Notes under the pieces: model-generated
Databases searched by the model: none
Told to the model about the DNA's origin: nothing
What the model saw: only the letters and a program-made list of their open reading frames with translations
NCBI RefSeq assembly: GCF_009914755.1
Contig: NC_060938.1
DNA from: the human T2T-CHM13v2.0 reference genome, Homo sapiens
Length of the DNA: 64,000 nt
Strand: one strand, 5' to 3'
Made by a program: the position numbers and the translations under genes
In this document: positions 1-15,749 of the stretch, piece by piece
Layout: every line of letters starts with the position of its first letter
How positions within the stretch are numbered: position 1 is the stretch's first letter

Positions 1-261
1 CAGTGAATGGAGTAGTAGTAGCAGAATAATGATGCAATGGAATATCCACTTGTGATTAAGGAGGACAGCTGAGGTGGTAATGGTTGCTATTATGATTATT
101 TTTCTCACTCTGGCATTTCCAATTAGCCTTGGACAGTAGAAGACTACTTTTGTCTGTTTCTCTATTCGTTCTCACTTGACAAAAGTATTGATGAAATTAA
201 ACAGTGCTTAATGTCTTAACAGCAAATGTGCCTGTAGGTACATGCTTTTGAAAATACATAC

Positions 262-350
262 CTATGTATGTGTGTGTATTTATGTGCATGTATGTGTATG
301 TATATATTTACATATGTGTGTGTATATATGTATATATGTGTACGTATATG
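262..350. repeat. (TG/TA)n low-complexity microsatellite
   Basis: Run of tatg/tgtg/tata units; explains ORF 242..448. Confidence 0.9.
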
Positions 351-672
351 TAAAGATAATTTATTGTACACACAATGACGATAATTATTTTACAAAGCTA
401 ATATTCCTTTTAACTATTAAGGTATCCTTAATGACATTAAATATATAATATTTAAGTGGTGCTTTATTTTTCTGAAATCAACTCCCTTATATTTAAAGTG
501 TGTAAATTATCACCTTTTATGACATTATTTGAAAGTGGCTTAACTAGCTATCATAATAATTGTCAATATATTATCATTTGACAATTTGTAGTATTCTTTA
601 CTAAACATTAATTTATTTGCCATGTATACCATTTCTATGAGTCCAGTTTTCATTTGTCTATTTCTTCAACCA

Positions 673-3105
673 TGTGTTAGTCCATTTTTGCATCACTATA
701 AGGAAATACCCAAGGCTAGGTAATTTAGAAAGAAAAGAGATTTAACTGGCTCTTGGTTCTGCTGGCTGTACAGGAAGTGTGGTGGTGAGCCCCTCAGGAA
801 GGTAATCATTATGACAGAAGGCAAAGGGGGAGCAGGCACATGACATGGAGAGAGTGGGAGCAGGAGAGAAAGTGGGGAGGTGCTTCACTCTTTTTAACAA
901 CCGGATCTCACATGAACTAACTGACCAGGAATTTACTCATCACCAAGGAGCCATTCATGAGGTATCTATCCCCATGATCTAATACGTCTCACTAGGCCCC
1001 ACCTCCCACATTGGTGATTACATTGTAATAAGAGATTTGGAGGGGATAATCATCCAAACCTTGTCATTCCATCCCTGGCCCCCCCAAATCACATGTTCTT
1101 TTCAGATTGCAAAATACAATCATCGCTTGCCAATAGGCCCCAAGAGTTTTTAATCATTCCAACATTAAGTCTAAAGTCCTGTCTCATCTGAGACTCATCT
1201 CCTTCCACCTATGAGCCTGTAAAATCAAAATGAGTTATTTGGTCCCAAAATACAATGATGCTACTGGCATTGGGTAAGCATTACCATTCCAAAAGGGAGA
1301 AATTGGCAAAAAGCAAGGGGTAATAGACCCTGTACAACTCTGAAACCCAGCAGGGCAGGCATTAAATCTTAAAGCTCCAACACAATCCTCGACTTCATGT
1401 TCCACAGCATGTTGTGAAGGATGGGCCCCCAAGGACTTGGGTAGCCCTGTGCCTGTGGCTTTGCAGGACACAGTACACATAGCTGCTCTCACAGGTTGCA
1501 GTTGTATGCTTGTGGCTTTTCTGGGCAGAGGGTTCAAGCTGCCAGTGAATCTACCACTCTGGGTTCTGGAGGACAATGGTTTCCTTCCCACAGCTCCACT
1601 AGACAGTGTCCTGGTGGAGACTCTGTATGGGGCCTCCAATTCCATACTTTCCCTCAGCATTGCCCTGGTAGAGTTTCTCTGTGAGGAGCTCCACTCTTGT
1701 GGCAAGCTTCTGCTTGGGCACCCAGTCTTTCCTATATATCCTCTGAAATCTAGGTGGTAGCCACCAAGCCCCCTTCACGCTTGCAGATTTAACACCATGT
1801 GGAAACCACCAAGGCTTAAGGCTTGTGCCTTCTGGAGCTGTGGTTTGAGCTGTACTTGGGCCCCTTTGAGCCATTACATAGCTGGAGCAGCAAGTATATG
1901 GGGAGCAATATCTCAAGGCTGCTCAGGGCAGTGGGGCCCTAGGCCTGGCCCCTGAAACCATTCTATTCTCCTGGGCCTCTGGCCCTGGATCTCCTCGCCC
2001 AGAGGCCCAGGAGAATAGAATGGTTTCTGGGAGCAGGCCCAGTCTTGAAGATCTCTGAAATTCCTTCAAGGCATTTTTCCCATTGTCTGGGATATTAGCT
2101 CATGGCGTCCTTCTGGTCACGCATGCCTCTCTAGCACATGGTTGCTCCATCGGTTCTTTATATTCTTTCTCTGTCACTTGGCCAGTTTGCAAATTTTCCA
2201 AACTTTTATCCTCTGTTTCCCTTTAAATATAAGTTTCAACTGTAGATCATTTATTTGCTCCTGTATATAATTTAGGCTGTTAGAAGGAGCCATGTCACTT
2301 CTTGAACATTTTGCTGCTTAGAATTTTTTTCTGCCAGATACCCTAAGTCATCACTCTTAATTATCAACTTTCACAGATCCCTAGGACCTGGATGCAGTAC
2401 AGCCGAGTTATTTGCCTGGGTGTAACAGGGAGGACCTTTACTCCATTTCCCAGTAACTTCCTCATTTCCATCGGAGACCTTGTCAGTGTGGTCTTCACCA
2501 TCCATATCTCTGTCAGCATTTTGGTCAAAACCATTTAACCAGTCTCTTAGAATTCTAAACTTTCCCTCATCTTTCTGTCTTCTGAGATCTCCAAAGTCTC
2601 CCAAACTCTGCCTGTTACCCAGTTCCAAAGCCACTTTCACATTTTCAGTTATCTTTATAGCAATGCCCCACTGCTTAATACCAATTATCTGTGTTAGTTC
2701 ATTTTTGTATCACTATAAAGAAATGTCTCAGGCTGGAAAATCTATAAAGACAAAAGGATTAATTGGCTCATTATTCTCTAGGCTGTAGGAAGTATGGCGT
2801 CAGCATCTGCTTTTGGTGAGGGCCTTAGGAAGCTTACCGTCATGGCAGAAGGCAAAGCAGTACCCAGCAGGTCACATGATGATAGTAGGAACAAGAGAGC
2901 GAGGGGGGAGATGATACATCTTTTCAAACAACCAGATCTTGCATGAACTGAGTGAGAACTCACTCATCACCAAGGAGATAGCACTAAGTCATTCGTGAGA
3001 AATCCACCCTCATGATCCAAACACCTCCCACTAGGCTTCACCTCCAACACTGGGGATTACGTTGCAACATAAGTTTTAAAGGAGACAAACATCCAAACCA
3101 TATCA
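673..3105 (-). mobile_element. Complete MaLR retrotransposon, MST family (LTR-internal-LTR)
   Basis: Two similar LTRs (673-1066 and 2690-3105, TGTGTTAGT...ACC(T/A)T(G/A)TCA) flank a ~1.6 kb MST/THE1-type internal region; minus-strand ORFs 1235-1916 and 2371-2640 are MaLR-internal remnants; degenerate 5-bp flanks aacca/aatct. Confidence 0.93.
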
Positions 3106-3399
3106 AATCTGATAGATATATTTTCATGTTTAATATCCTTAGGTATATACTTCACTGCCTAAAATCATCCCGTAAAATATGATCCACAAAAACATACAGA
3201 TACAAAATAAAGTCATCAATAGGACAAAAGCAATATGCTACCTATAAATGCTTATCTGGTTACATGAATTGAGTTCAATTAGTTTAAATGATATCAAAAG
3301 TTAGAGCAAATTAGACATGCTATCTTATGCAGCATTCACTTTGCAAAGAAGAAAGAATAAAAAACCCTCAGACAATAAAAAATTCTTTATAATGGCTCT

Positions 3400-4290
3400 C
3401 ACAAATTTGTATAGCACAGACCTTGCTAGTCAATTCCAAATTGATATATCTAATTACCTACATGCCTTAAATTTAACTTGTGGAAAACTAACCTCTTGAT
3501 TATCTTGCCACATACATTCTTCTGGTGTTCTTGAGCTCAGTATACGGCTCACCATATACCAGTAAAATTCTGAATCATTTTGTCATCTTTCTCAATCTTT
3601 CACTCCACAAAAACAATTCATCACCTAATCTGGTCAGTTTTACCTACAAAGAAAATTCTAAAATTCATCTACTTTTCCCTATTTTTACTATCATTATCCT
3701 AATCTTTACTACTGTGATTTCTCCCGTAGACTACCCCAAGAGCCTCCTAAATTATTTACAATACCCAGCGATGTATCTATTTTGCTTATTCTCCACATGC
3801 AGACAGAGAGAGCTTACAAAACACAAAATTGAGATGTCGTGACCTCAGTAAAGACCATTATTCTTAGACTGAAGACAAAGTTATTTAACATGGCTTACAA
3901 TGTTATCCATGGTTTAGCATTTTTCTAAATGGCCCCAAGTTGTCCCCCATCATGCCCTTCTTGCATTCAAGGCACAAAGACCTTTCTGTTCTTGTTCATA
4001 TAATGTCACCTCCCACCATGGTCTTTGCACCTGACTGTTTCTCCCTGAGCAGCTCACTTTTTTTGCCTGCATCTCATTCAGTAGTCACTTTCTGAAGGAA
4101 GTTTTCTTGGTCAGCCAAACCAGATATGTTCTTTCTATTATATGGTCTCATAGCATCATATACCTGTATTTCATTATATTTTTATGTTTTTTTCTTTAGT
4201 TGTCTGATTAATATTGTCCTCTCCTCCAGAATGTAAACACTGCAAGATCAGAGTCTACATCAATTTTGCTCAACATTAAAATGCCTTTTT
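3400..4290 (+). mobile_element. L2 LINE relic
   Basis: Degenerate L2 3'-region motifs (ccttaaatttaacttg, tctttgcacctgactgtttctcc, gaatgtaaacactgcaagatcag); borders approximate. Confidence 0.6.
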
Positions 4291-4327
4291 TATTATATTG
4301 TATATAATCACAGGCATAGAGCATTTT

Positions 4328-4384
4328 CCTCTCTCTCTCTCTTTGTCTCTCTCTCTCTCTGTCTCTTTCTCTTTCTCTCTCTCT
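4328..4384. repeat. (CT)n microsatellite
   Basis: Direct reading. Confidence 0.9.
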
Positions 4385-4739
4385 GCAGATTAATACGACT
4401 GGAATTTTTGTCTAAAAAATAATTACAGACTTGTTGGTGAGGTAAGGCAGTACACTGCAGAAATAACTACCATATGATAGTGAGGAAAAGCTACAAATAG
4501 TCATGTGAGTTCAGTGGAGAAGGAGATTACTTCCATCTGAGATAATGCAAATATACTTATTAGAAGTACCAATTTTCTGGCTTTCAGAGACAGGCTTCAG
4601 CATTAAACTATTGTGGTTAATATGCTGATATATTGTCTCTTTTAAATAAAAATTATAAAAACTAGAAAGACAATGCAGAGTCTTTCTGAAAGCCCATACA
4701 TACTGATACAACAGCTACAAATGTCTTAGCTGGCAGTAC

Positions 4740-6946
<2,207 letters not shown>

Positions 6947-7479
6947 ATTTTTAGTGTATTTTATGGGAAGTTTTATAGTAGTAATCCTGATTCCTAAATA
7001 TTTGGGGACAAAATACACATAAATGACTTCCTGTTTAGTTAGTTCCATAAGTGTATTCATGTCAAGGGATCTATGCTGCCCCAATAGGAAAAGTAATGAT
7101 AGATAAGGAAGGTATTGAAGGAAATGTCAAGTAAGAATCTTTTAGTTACCACGTGAGTATCCCCGTTTTGGTGTCTTCTGAGTGGATTCCTGAGTCTTAT
7201 TTGGTGTGGGTTTATGGGCATTCTGGTGTTTACCTATGCGAATAACACAGAGATAATTTTTTAATATAATGTCACAGTTATCATTTCACACAATGTATGG
7301 ATGCCTTAATTTAGTGTGTTTTATTGTCGTCAGCTTTTGTGAAACATTTTTATACTTAATAACTTGTCTTTAATTTAAAGGGACTGCCCACTGAGGGTGA
7401 CAGTCCTTTTTACAAAGAGGAATTTTCATAAAGGACCCAACATTTTAAGAAAAGGATTGTCTCAGAAACCCTTTACCAA

Positions 7480-8530
7480 AATAAAAAGCTTTCATTTAAT
7501 GTGATGAAATTATCAATTATTTATTTTGCTGTGTGTGCGTGTGTGCTTTTTTGTGCCTTGTTTAAGCTATCTTTCTCTGCTATTGAAGAAATAAAGATAT
7601 TTTCCTAGGCATTCTTTAGTATTTTAAAAGTTTATTTTCACATTTTTTGTGTAATGTAGAAATTAAGTTGGATTTGCAGTACTGTACAGTTCCATTTATG
7701 TTTTCCATACTTATAACCAATTGTCTTGTATTGTTTATTTAATAATGTATCCTTTACACATTGAATTGGAATTCTAGCACTGCCATATACAGTTTTCATA
7801 TATGAATGGATATATCTTGATTTTTCTATTTATTTTATTGTTATATTCATCATCTCTGCACAAATACTATACTCTAATGTAATTATCCTATTTGTAATAT
7901 GTCTCAATAGATTGTGGAATAAATAGCTACTTCCATTTCTCTTCAAAATTGCCTTGCCTAATGTTGATTTTTTATTCTTTATCCTTCTATTTTAATTTTA
8001 GGAGTACACAAGTTTGGTGAAAAATTATGTTGTAAATTTTATTGGAGTCACAAGTAATTTTTATTTTAGATGAGTAGAAATATTTTATTTTATATTTTTA
8101 AATAATTACTCTATCAATGTTCTTTTTTAGGTCCTATACTACATTTTTATAAAATTATCCTATACATCTTGAGTTTCTTTTCTGTTTCTTCACAAATGAT
8201 GCTTTTTGTGTTTCTGTGTATGGATTTTTAAAGTGTTACATTTTTACATTGATTTGTCTGAGCAGTAACATTGCTTTTTATCATTATCTCTTCTAACTAA
8301 CTATGCTGAAGTCTAACTAGTTTTAGTAGTTTTGTTTGTTATTCCGATTACATGTTTGTAGTTATAATATCTATGAAAATAGCACTATTAAATTTTCCTT
8401 ATATTATTTTTTCATCATCTAATTGAGCATGCTAGGAGCTCTATTACATTGGTAAATGAAAATAGTGATCAAGGTCATTCTTATGTTTTCCTTCGCTTTT
8501 TGTATTTGCCATAGTGTAGGATGTTTTCTT
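7480..8530 (-). mobile_element. Old L1M (L1ME-like) ORF2 fragments
   Basis: T-rich degenerate antisense L1 ORF2 motifs; borders approximate. Confidence 0.55.
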
Positions 8531-11500
8531 TAAATCATTTTATGGTGAATACCATTTTTGGATATATACACTGTAAAACTGCAGAAGCACAATTGTCCCT
8601 TTTATTATCTTCTTCATAATGAACATTATGGAGATGCTATTGCAGTAATCTGTTTTAATTTTTAATGGGTAATGGTGTTTAAACTAACCAAACCTTAATC
8701 CTGTTTCTGACTCTGTCTTTAAGATGGTAATTCTTCACAACTTACATTGCAGACAGGATAAAAGAACCATTAAGAAGATGCATGGGATCCTTTTTTTTTG
8801 GTGGGGGGGGGGGATTGAGAGGGGAAGATTATACTTTTGAATATCTCAATATTTGATAATTTTTAATAGTATTTTTTCCAGGCTCAGAATAATGTCCCTT
8901 CTCAGCTCTTTTCCAGAAAACTTTATTTTGGCATATTTAAATATGAAATATTTATAATGACTGAAAATAAATATTTGATTCCCAGTCTGAATCTAGAAGA
9001 AAATAGGATTTTTAAAATAAATGAGCAATTAGGCATGTGTTTCATAATTGGATAGAATTTGAAACAACATAACTCTTCTTTTATAACTGAAGGATGAGGG
9101 GCCATCAAGAGATTAATTTGTGTGAGCTTATGCAGACAATTTGTGTAATTGGCTTATCTTCTTCTGGGCTATAACTTCAAAATTTTAAAGTACTTTGGGG
9201 ACTATTTTATAGTTTTACAGGTAAAATTTCTTGGTTTTCTTTCCCAGTTTATTTCTTTGATTATCGTTGGTTTCTATACTGCCATTTGCTCCTATGGACA
9301 GATTGTTATTATTATCATCATGATTATGGTTTAGTATTTTAGTGAATAATATTGTGCTATTATTTTTGTAACATTTAATGAAGAAAGGTTTATAAAACTC
9401 ATGTACACTTTAATTAATAACTACAATGTGAAGAACTATGGAGCTACCACTCAGTTCAAGAAACAGAACATTGTTATGATCCCTTTCTGCCTCTGTGTGC
9501 AATATTGTCCTTCACTAAAGCTAAAAGTTGTATAATGAACTAAGCTACGTAATAACCATTTCTTTGTTTTTTTAGATTTATGGTTATTATAAAGTACATG
9601 TGAATTGTTGTACATGTGCACAAATTTCCACATAAGGATCTTGTACATATTTTGTTAAGTTTGTACTCACTTACTAATGGCAGGAGTTTTTTTAATCAGT
9701 TCTTTGGGATTTTCTATGTAGACAGACGTGTCATCTGTGAACAAAGACAGTTTTATGTCTTCTTGATCTGTGCAACATTTATTCTCCTTTCATTTCTTAT
9801 TATACTAGTTCAGACTGCCATTATACTGTTAATAGGAATGCTGAGAGGGAACATTCTTATATTGTTCTTGATTTTAGAGGGAAGGCATCTAGTTTCACAT
9901 TATAGGGTATATATTAGCTGTAGGTATTTGGTAAATGTTCTTTATCAAGTTGAAGTTTTCCTCTCTTTCTAGTTGGCTGAGAATTTTTATTATGAAAAGA
10001 TATCAGATTTTGTCAAATGCTTGTTCTAAATCAGTTGATATGACTTTTTTTGTTTTTGCTTTAGCTTGTGATGGATTACCCTGATTTTACAATTTTAAAT
10101 TAGCTTTGGATAAATCTGATTTCATCATGGTGTATAATTTTTCATCCATTGTTTGTTCAATTTGTTAATATGTTATTAGAAATTTTTGGATCTATGTTAA
10201 AGAGAGCAGTTGGTCTATAGATTTCCATTCTTGTAATGTCTTTTATCTGTTTTTATTATTAGGCTAATGCTCTTCACATAGAATGAGTTAAGAAGCATAC
10301 ACTTGGCTTCTGTTTCTGTTAGAATTTGTAGAGAACAACATAATTTCCCCTTACGTGTTTTGTAGAATTTGCCAGTGAAATAGTCTGGATCTGGTGCATT
10401 TTCTTTAGAAAGTTATTTATGATTTACTCAATGTCCGTTAACAGATAAAGAGATATTCAGATTATCTGACTCTCTTGGTGTGGGTTTCAGTAGTTGTCTT
10501 TCAAGGAATTGGTCCATTTTGTCCAGTTTATCATATTGGTCGCCATAGAGTTATTCATAATATTACTTTATGGTCATTCAAATGTACATTGAACCAGTAA
10601 TATCAACTGCTCTTTAATTTCTGATGTAGTAATTTGTGTCTTATCTCCTTTTCTTTTCTTGGTTAGTCTGGCTAGAAGTTTATAAATGTTACTGGTCTTT
10701 TCAAATAACTAGATTTTTCTGTTTTCCATTTAATTATTTTCTGCTTTAATTACTATTGTTAATTTTCTCCTGCTTTCCTTAGGTTTATGTTGGTCAATTT
10801 TCTCTAGGCTCCTAAAGTAGAAAGACTATTGAATTTATATCTTTTTTTCTAATATATGTATTCTATGCTGTAAATATCTCCGTAGGCAGTGCTTTCACTG
10901 GTTTTGTTAAGTTATAGTTTAAGTTTTGTTTAGTTAAAATTTTTTTTAAGTTTTCTTGAGCCTTTGACATGTGGATTATTTACAGGTATATTTCTTATTA
11001 TCCAAATGTTTTGATATTTTCAAGCTATCTTTCTGTTATTAATTTAATTACATTTATTTCCATAGTCATCTTAGAACATAATATTTTTTTCTATCCTTAT
11101 ATAATTTCCTTTGCATTTCTGTGAGTTTTTGCCTCACATCTTTTAATGCACTGTTAGGTGAATTCATGTTAAGGATTGTTGTGTCTTCCTGAAGAATTGA
11201 CAGCTTTCTCATTACTAAATGTTCCTCTCTATCCCTAATAACTTTCATTGCTCTGAAGTCGGCTTTGTCTGAAATTGATATAGCTACTTCAGCTTTCTTT
11301 TGATTAGTGTTAGTATGGTCTATATTTCTTCATCCCTTTAGTTTTAATCAATGTGTTCTTAATTTAAAGTGGGTTCCTTGCAGATAACATATAATTGAGT
11401 TTTTTTGTAAATCAAATCTGAAAATTTATGTATTTTATTTGAAGAATTTAGATCATTCATGTTACAAATGATTACTATATTGAGTTAATATCTACCATGT

Positions 11501-12030
11501 TTTAGTTGTTTCTATTCATTTCAGTTATTTTTAGTTTCTTTAATTTTTATTTTTCTGCATTATCTGGTTTTAAATGAACATTTTATATGATTCCACCTTC
11601 TCTCCTTATGTATTAATTCTACTTCAAAAAAATTTATAGTACGGTTGCCCAAGTGTTTATAATATACATTTACCATAAATTATTTACTTTTAAGTAACAC
11701 TATACTATTTTACAAGTATCCAGATAGTTAGCAACAGAATGTTGCCAATTTCTTTTCCCATCCCTTTTTATATTTCTGTCATTCATTTCACATATACCAT
11801 ATTTCACTTTATGCTATATTCAAACAAAATATTATTACTATTTGTACTTCGAACAACTAGCTATCTTTTAGATTGATTAAGAACAGGGAAAATATTTTAC
11901 CTTTACTTTTTCTTTCTCTCTTTCTTTATACCAATTGAAGTTCTGACTTACTATTTTCTTCTCCTGAAAGAACTTCTTTTAAAATTTCTGGCAGGGCATG
12001 TGTGCTTGTGATGAATTTCCTTAGTTCTAA

Positions 12031-12280
12031 GGCCAAGTGTGTTGGTTCATGCATGTAAGCCCAGGAGTTTGGGAGGCTGAAGCAGTAGGATTGCTTGAGG
12101 CCAAGAGTTCAAAACCAGCCTGGGCAATGTAGTGAAACCTCTTTTCTTCAAAATAGACAGTGCCTATATACCCAGCTACTAGGGAGGCTGATCTGGTAGG
12201 ATCACTTGAGCATGGGAGGTTGAGACTGCATTGAGTCGTGATCATGGCACTGTAGTGAGACCCTGTCTCAAATAAAATTA
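12031..12280 (+). mobile_element. AluJ-type Alu with internal deletions
   Basis: ggccaagtgtgttggttcatgcatgtaa...gagaccctgtctcaaataaaa; AluJ-like ggattgcttgaggccaagagttc; highly diverged. Confidence 0.85.
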
Positions 12281-12349
12281 AGAAGGAAGGAAGGGAGGGA
12301 GGAAGGGAGGGAGGGAGGGAAGAAGGAAGGAAGGAAGGAGAAAAGAAAG

Positions 12350-12396
<47 letters not shown>

Positions 12397-12518
12397 GAAA
12401 GAAAGAAAGAAAGGAAAGAAAGAAAGAGAAAGAAAGAAAGAAAGGAAAGAAAGAAAGAAAGAGAAAGAAAGAAAAAGAGAAAGAAAAAGAGAGAGAGGAA
12501 AGAAGGAAGGAAGGAAGT
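12281..12518. repeat. Pure-purine (GGAA)n/(GAAA)n compound microsatellite grown from the Alu tail
   Basis: About 240 bp of only G/A. Confidence 0.95.
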
Positions 12519-14309
12519 TATAGTTTTTATTTTCTTTGAGAAAGCCTTTATTTCTTTTTACTTTTTGGAGGAAAAGATGTTGCTAGATACAGTATCACAG
12601 GTTGTTGGTCTTGTTTTTCCTTCAGCATTTTATGTATTCTATTCCACTTTCTTATTGTTACATGAGTCCTGATGGGAAGCCCAATGCAATTCATATTCTT
12701 GCTCTGCAAATAAGCTGCTTTTCCCTCTGATTTGTTTCAAGATTTTTGCTTTATAATTTGAACATTCTCTAAATGTATGTTTCTTGGCATTTGTACTGTG
12801 TAGTGTTCTCTGAGCTTCCTGGATCTGTAGTTTAGTGTTTGTCTTTAATTTAAAAAAAATTATTGGTTATTATTATTATTTTAAATATTTTCCTACTCCA
12901 TTATCTTTGTCTTTTCCTTCTGCTGTTCCAGACTTTTTTAATGTTTAACCTTTTGAAATTGTTTTAAAGACCTTGGATATTCCGTTTCTTTTTATTATTT
13001 TTTTTAAATTCTTTTTTTCCTCTGATATTTTAATTTGGGGAGTTTCTATTGACATTTCTCAAACTTGTTAAGTCTTTCCTTAGCTTTATCCTGTTTACTG
13101 TTGAGCCCATCAAATCATTTTTCCTTTCTGTTACAATATTTTAATTTTTACTCTTTCTTTTGATTCTTTCTTATAGTTGCCATTTCTCTGCTTACATTGT
13201 CATCTGCTCTTGCATGATGTCTTTTTTAGAGCCCTTAACATATTAATCATAGTTATTTTAAATTCCCTCTTTGATAACTGCAAAACCTGAGTCATATTTG
13301 AATCTTGTTGTGATGTTTGCTTTGTCCCTTTAAACTGTTTCTCTTGCCTGTTGTGATACCTTGTAATTTTTTGTTAAACATCAGACATGTGGCATTGAGT
13401 AACAGAATTGAAGTAAATAGGCCTTTACTTTGAGGATTTATGTTCATTTGGCTAGAGATGGACTTTGTTTAGCATTTGCTCTAGTTGAAGGTGCCAGAGG
13501 CTGTAAATTCTTTCAGTGTACTTATTTTTGTCCCTCTTCTCACTGTTGGGCTTCTCCAAGTATTTCTCATCAGAAAGAGACTGTGTCTTACAGCTCTTCC
13601 ACCTGAAATCACTCTTATTACATTGGAGCCTTGTTATAGTGGTAGTAATGTGGGATAGGGGAAGTCTTCTATAATCTTATGACTGAATATTATCTTTTAG
13701 TGAGCTATATCTCTTGGCTATAATCTTTACAAGTGTTCCTGTGGTGATACAGCTTTTTTTTTTTTTTTTTTTCTATTAGATGAATCAGGAAGCCTAGTGT
13801 TGGCTCAAGTGGGTGGAAATCCTTTCTCGAGATGGTACAAGGCCTGGTAAAATCATTTCCTTTGACAAATAGGGCTTCCTTGTGGAGAAAAATCTGGGTA
13901 TATTTCAGAATGGTTAGTTTTCCCCTTTCCCTGCCAGAAGCCTATGGGGATTTTTCTTGTCAATCAGATCGGTGGGTTTATGAACTAAAAGATAAGAATG
14001 TAGGGGGAGACTTTTGAACTATAGCCTCCAAGAGTTTCTCACTCTCACTCTCAGCCTTCAGCAAATCACCAAAATTTCAATGTAAATATTCCTTTGTGTG
14101 GCTCTAACAGCTGCTGCTCCAGGTAAGCGGATGCTGTCTGTATCTCTCTGGATGTGCCTGAGTCTCCAGATTTCATTGTGGCAGTTTTTCTTGTATCTTC
14201 AGTTATCTGATGGGTCCATGAAAAGTCACTGATATTTTGTTCGGCTCTTTAGTGTTCTAAGGCCTGGAATGACAGCATCCAAGTTTTTTTACAGCTAAAA
14301 CCTTATCAA

Positions 14310-15180
14310 TCATTTTTAGTGGCCATTTTGGTTGGTAGTTTAGAGGTTTCAATTTTGACTAATACGGCTGTCAGTTTCACTAATGAGTAATGAACTTCAG
14401 TAATTTCCTGCATGCTGCTTGTCTGTTTAGATATTCTTTGTAGTACAGTACCTCTTTAAGACTTCTTGCCCATGCCTTAAAAAGAGGGGATGTTCTGTTA
14501 TTTTTTCACTAATTTAGAAGTTCCTTATGTATTTTTTACATAAGTCCTTTGTAAATTATACATGTTATAAATATCATTATCATGTATTACTCTGAAGATT
14601 AGCGTTTTAGTTTCATAATGGTGATTTTTGATTAATAGAGGTTCTTACTTTTAATGTAGTACAATTTATTAGTCTTTTTCTAATTTTCACTTTATGATTT
14701 TTGTGTTATAAGAAAAGTTCTATAGTACCCAAATCATGAATATACTCTTAATGCTGCTTTCCACAAGCTTATTTTACCTTTCACATTCTCATGCCCATGA
14801 ACATTGGCCTATATGTAAGGAGCTGGGTAGGATTTAAGATTTTTTTCTTAATCAAAAACTAATTGACTTACCATTCTATTAACGACAAAATTTTCTTTAC
14901 ATCACTGCTATGCTCCACCACTTTTATTTAAAATTATTTATATTAGATACTTGATATATTCCAAATGTATCAGAGTATAGCAGTGAAGTGAATGAAGGTA
15001 GTGATTTTTGACACTTTATTATATTACTCTATTTTGTTACATTTGTATCTATAACACACTCATAATTAGCATAGCTTTATAATAAATGCTGATCTCTAAT
15101 AGTGCCAATCCTCCAACATTGTTGTATTTCCAAATTTTCTTAGGTTTTCATGACCTTTTTAAAAATTTTTATTTCTTTTT
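14310..15180 (-). mobile_element. Old L1M (L1ME-like) fragment
   Basis: Degenerate antisense ORF2 3' motifs. Confidence 0.55.
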
Positions 15181-15392
15181 TTTTAAAAAAACACAGTAAT
15201 CATTTAGGTTTACCCTCATACTCATGTTGCCCTTTATTCCTTCCTCTTTGTCTTTCTTGTATTATTTTCTTCCTCGCAAAGACTCTCTGAAATTTCCTTT
15301 ATTGTAGGTAGACTGCTGACATAGTTTTTCTTTTGGTTTATCTGAAAATGTTTTCATTTTTTCTTCATTTGCCTAAGTGTATTTTGAAGCCT

Positions 15393-15727
<335 letters not shown>

Positions 15728-15749
15728 TAAATGTACATTTAGCATTACC

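Larger units (their letters stand above)
9640..14300 (-). mobile_element. L1M (L1MD/MC-like) ORF2-ORF1-5'UTR segment, interrupted by Alu and GA repeat
   Basis: Antisense ORF2 sequence; ORF 11066-11248 (RDREEHLVMRKLSILQEDTTILNMNSPN) matches the L1 endonuclease motif RDKEGHYIMVKGSIQQEELTILNIYAPN; 5' part resembles 45790-48710. Confidence 0.8.

Noticed and set aside
1235-2788. Host gene ORFs
   Set aside because: MaLR internal sequence and its antisense frames.
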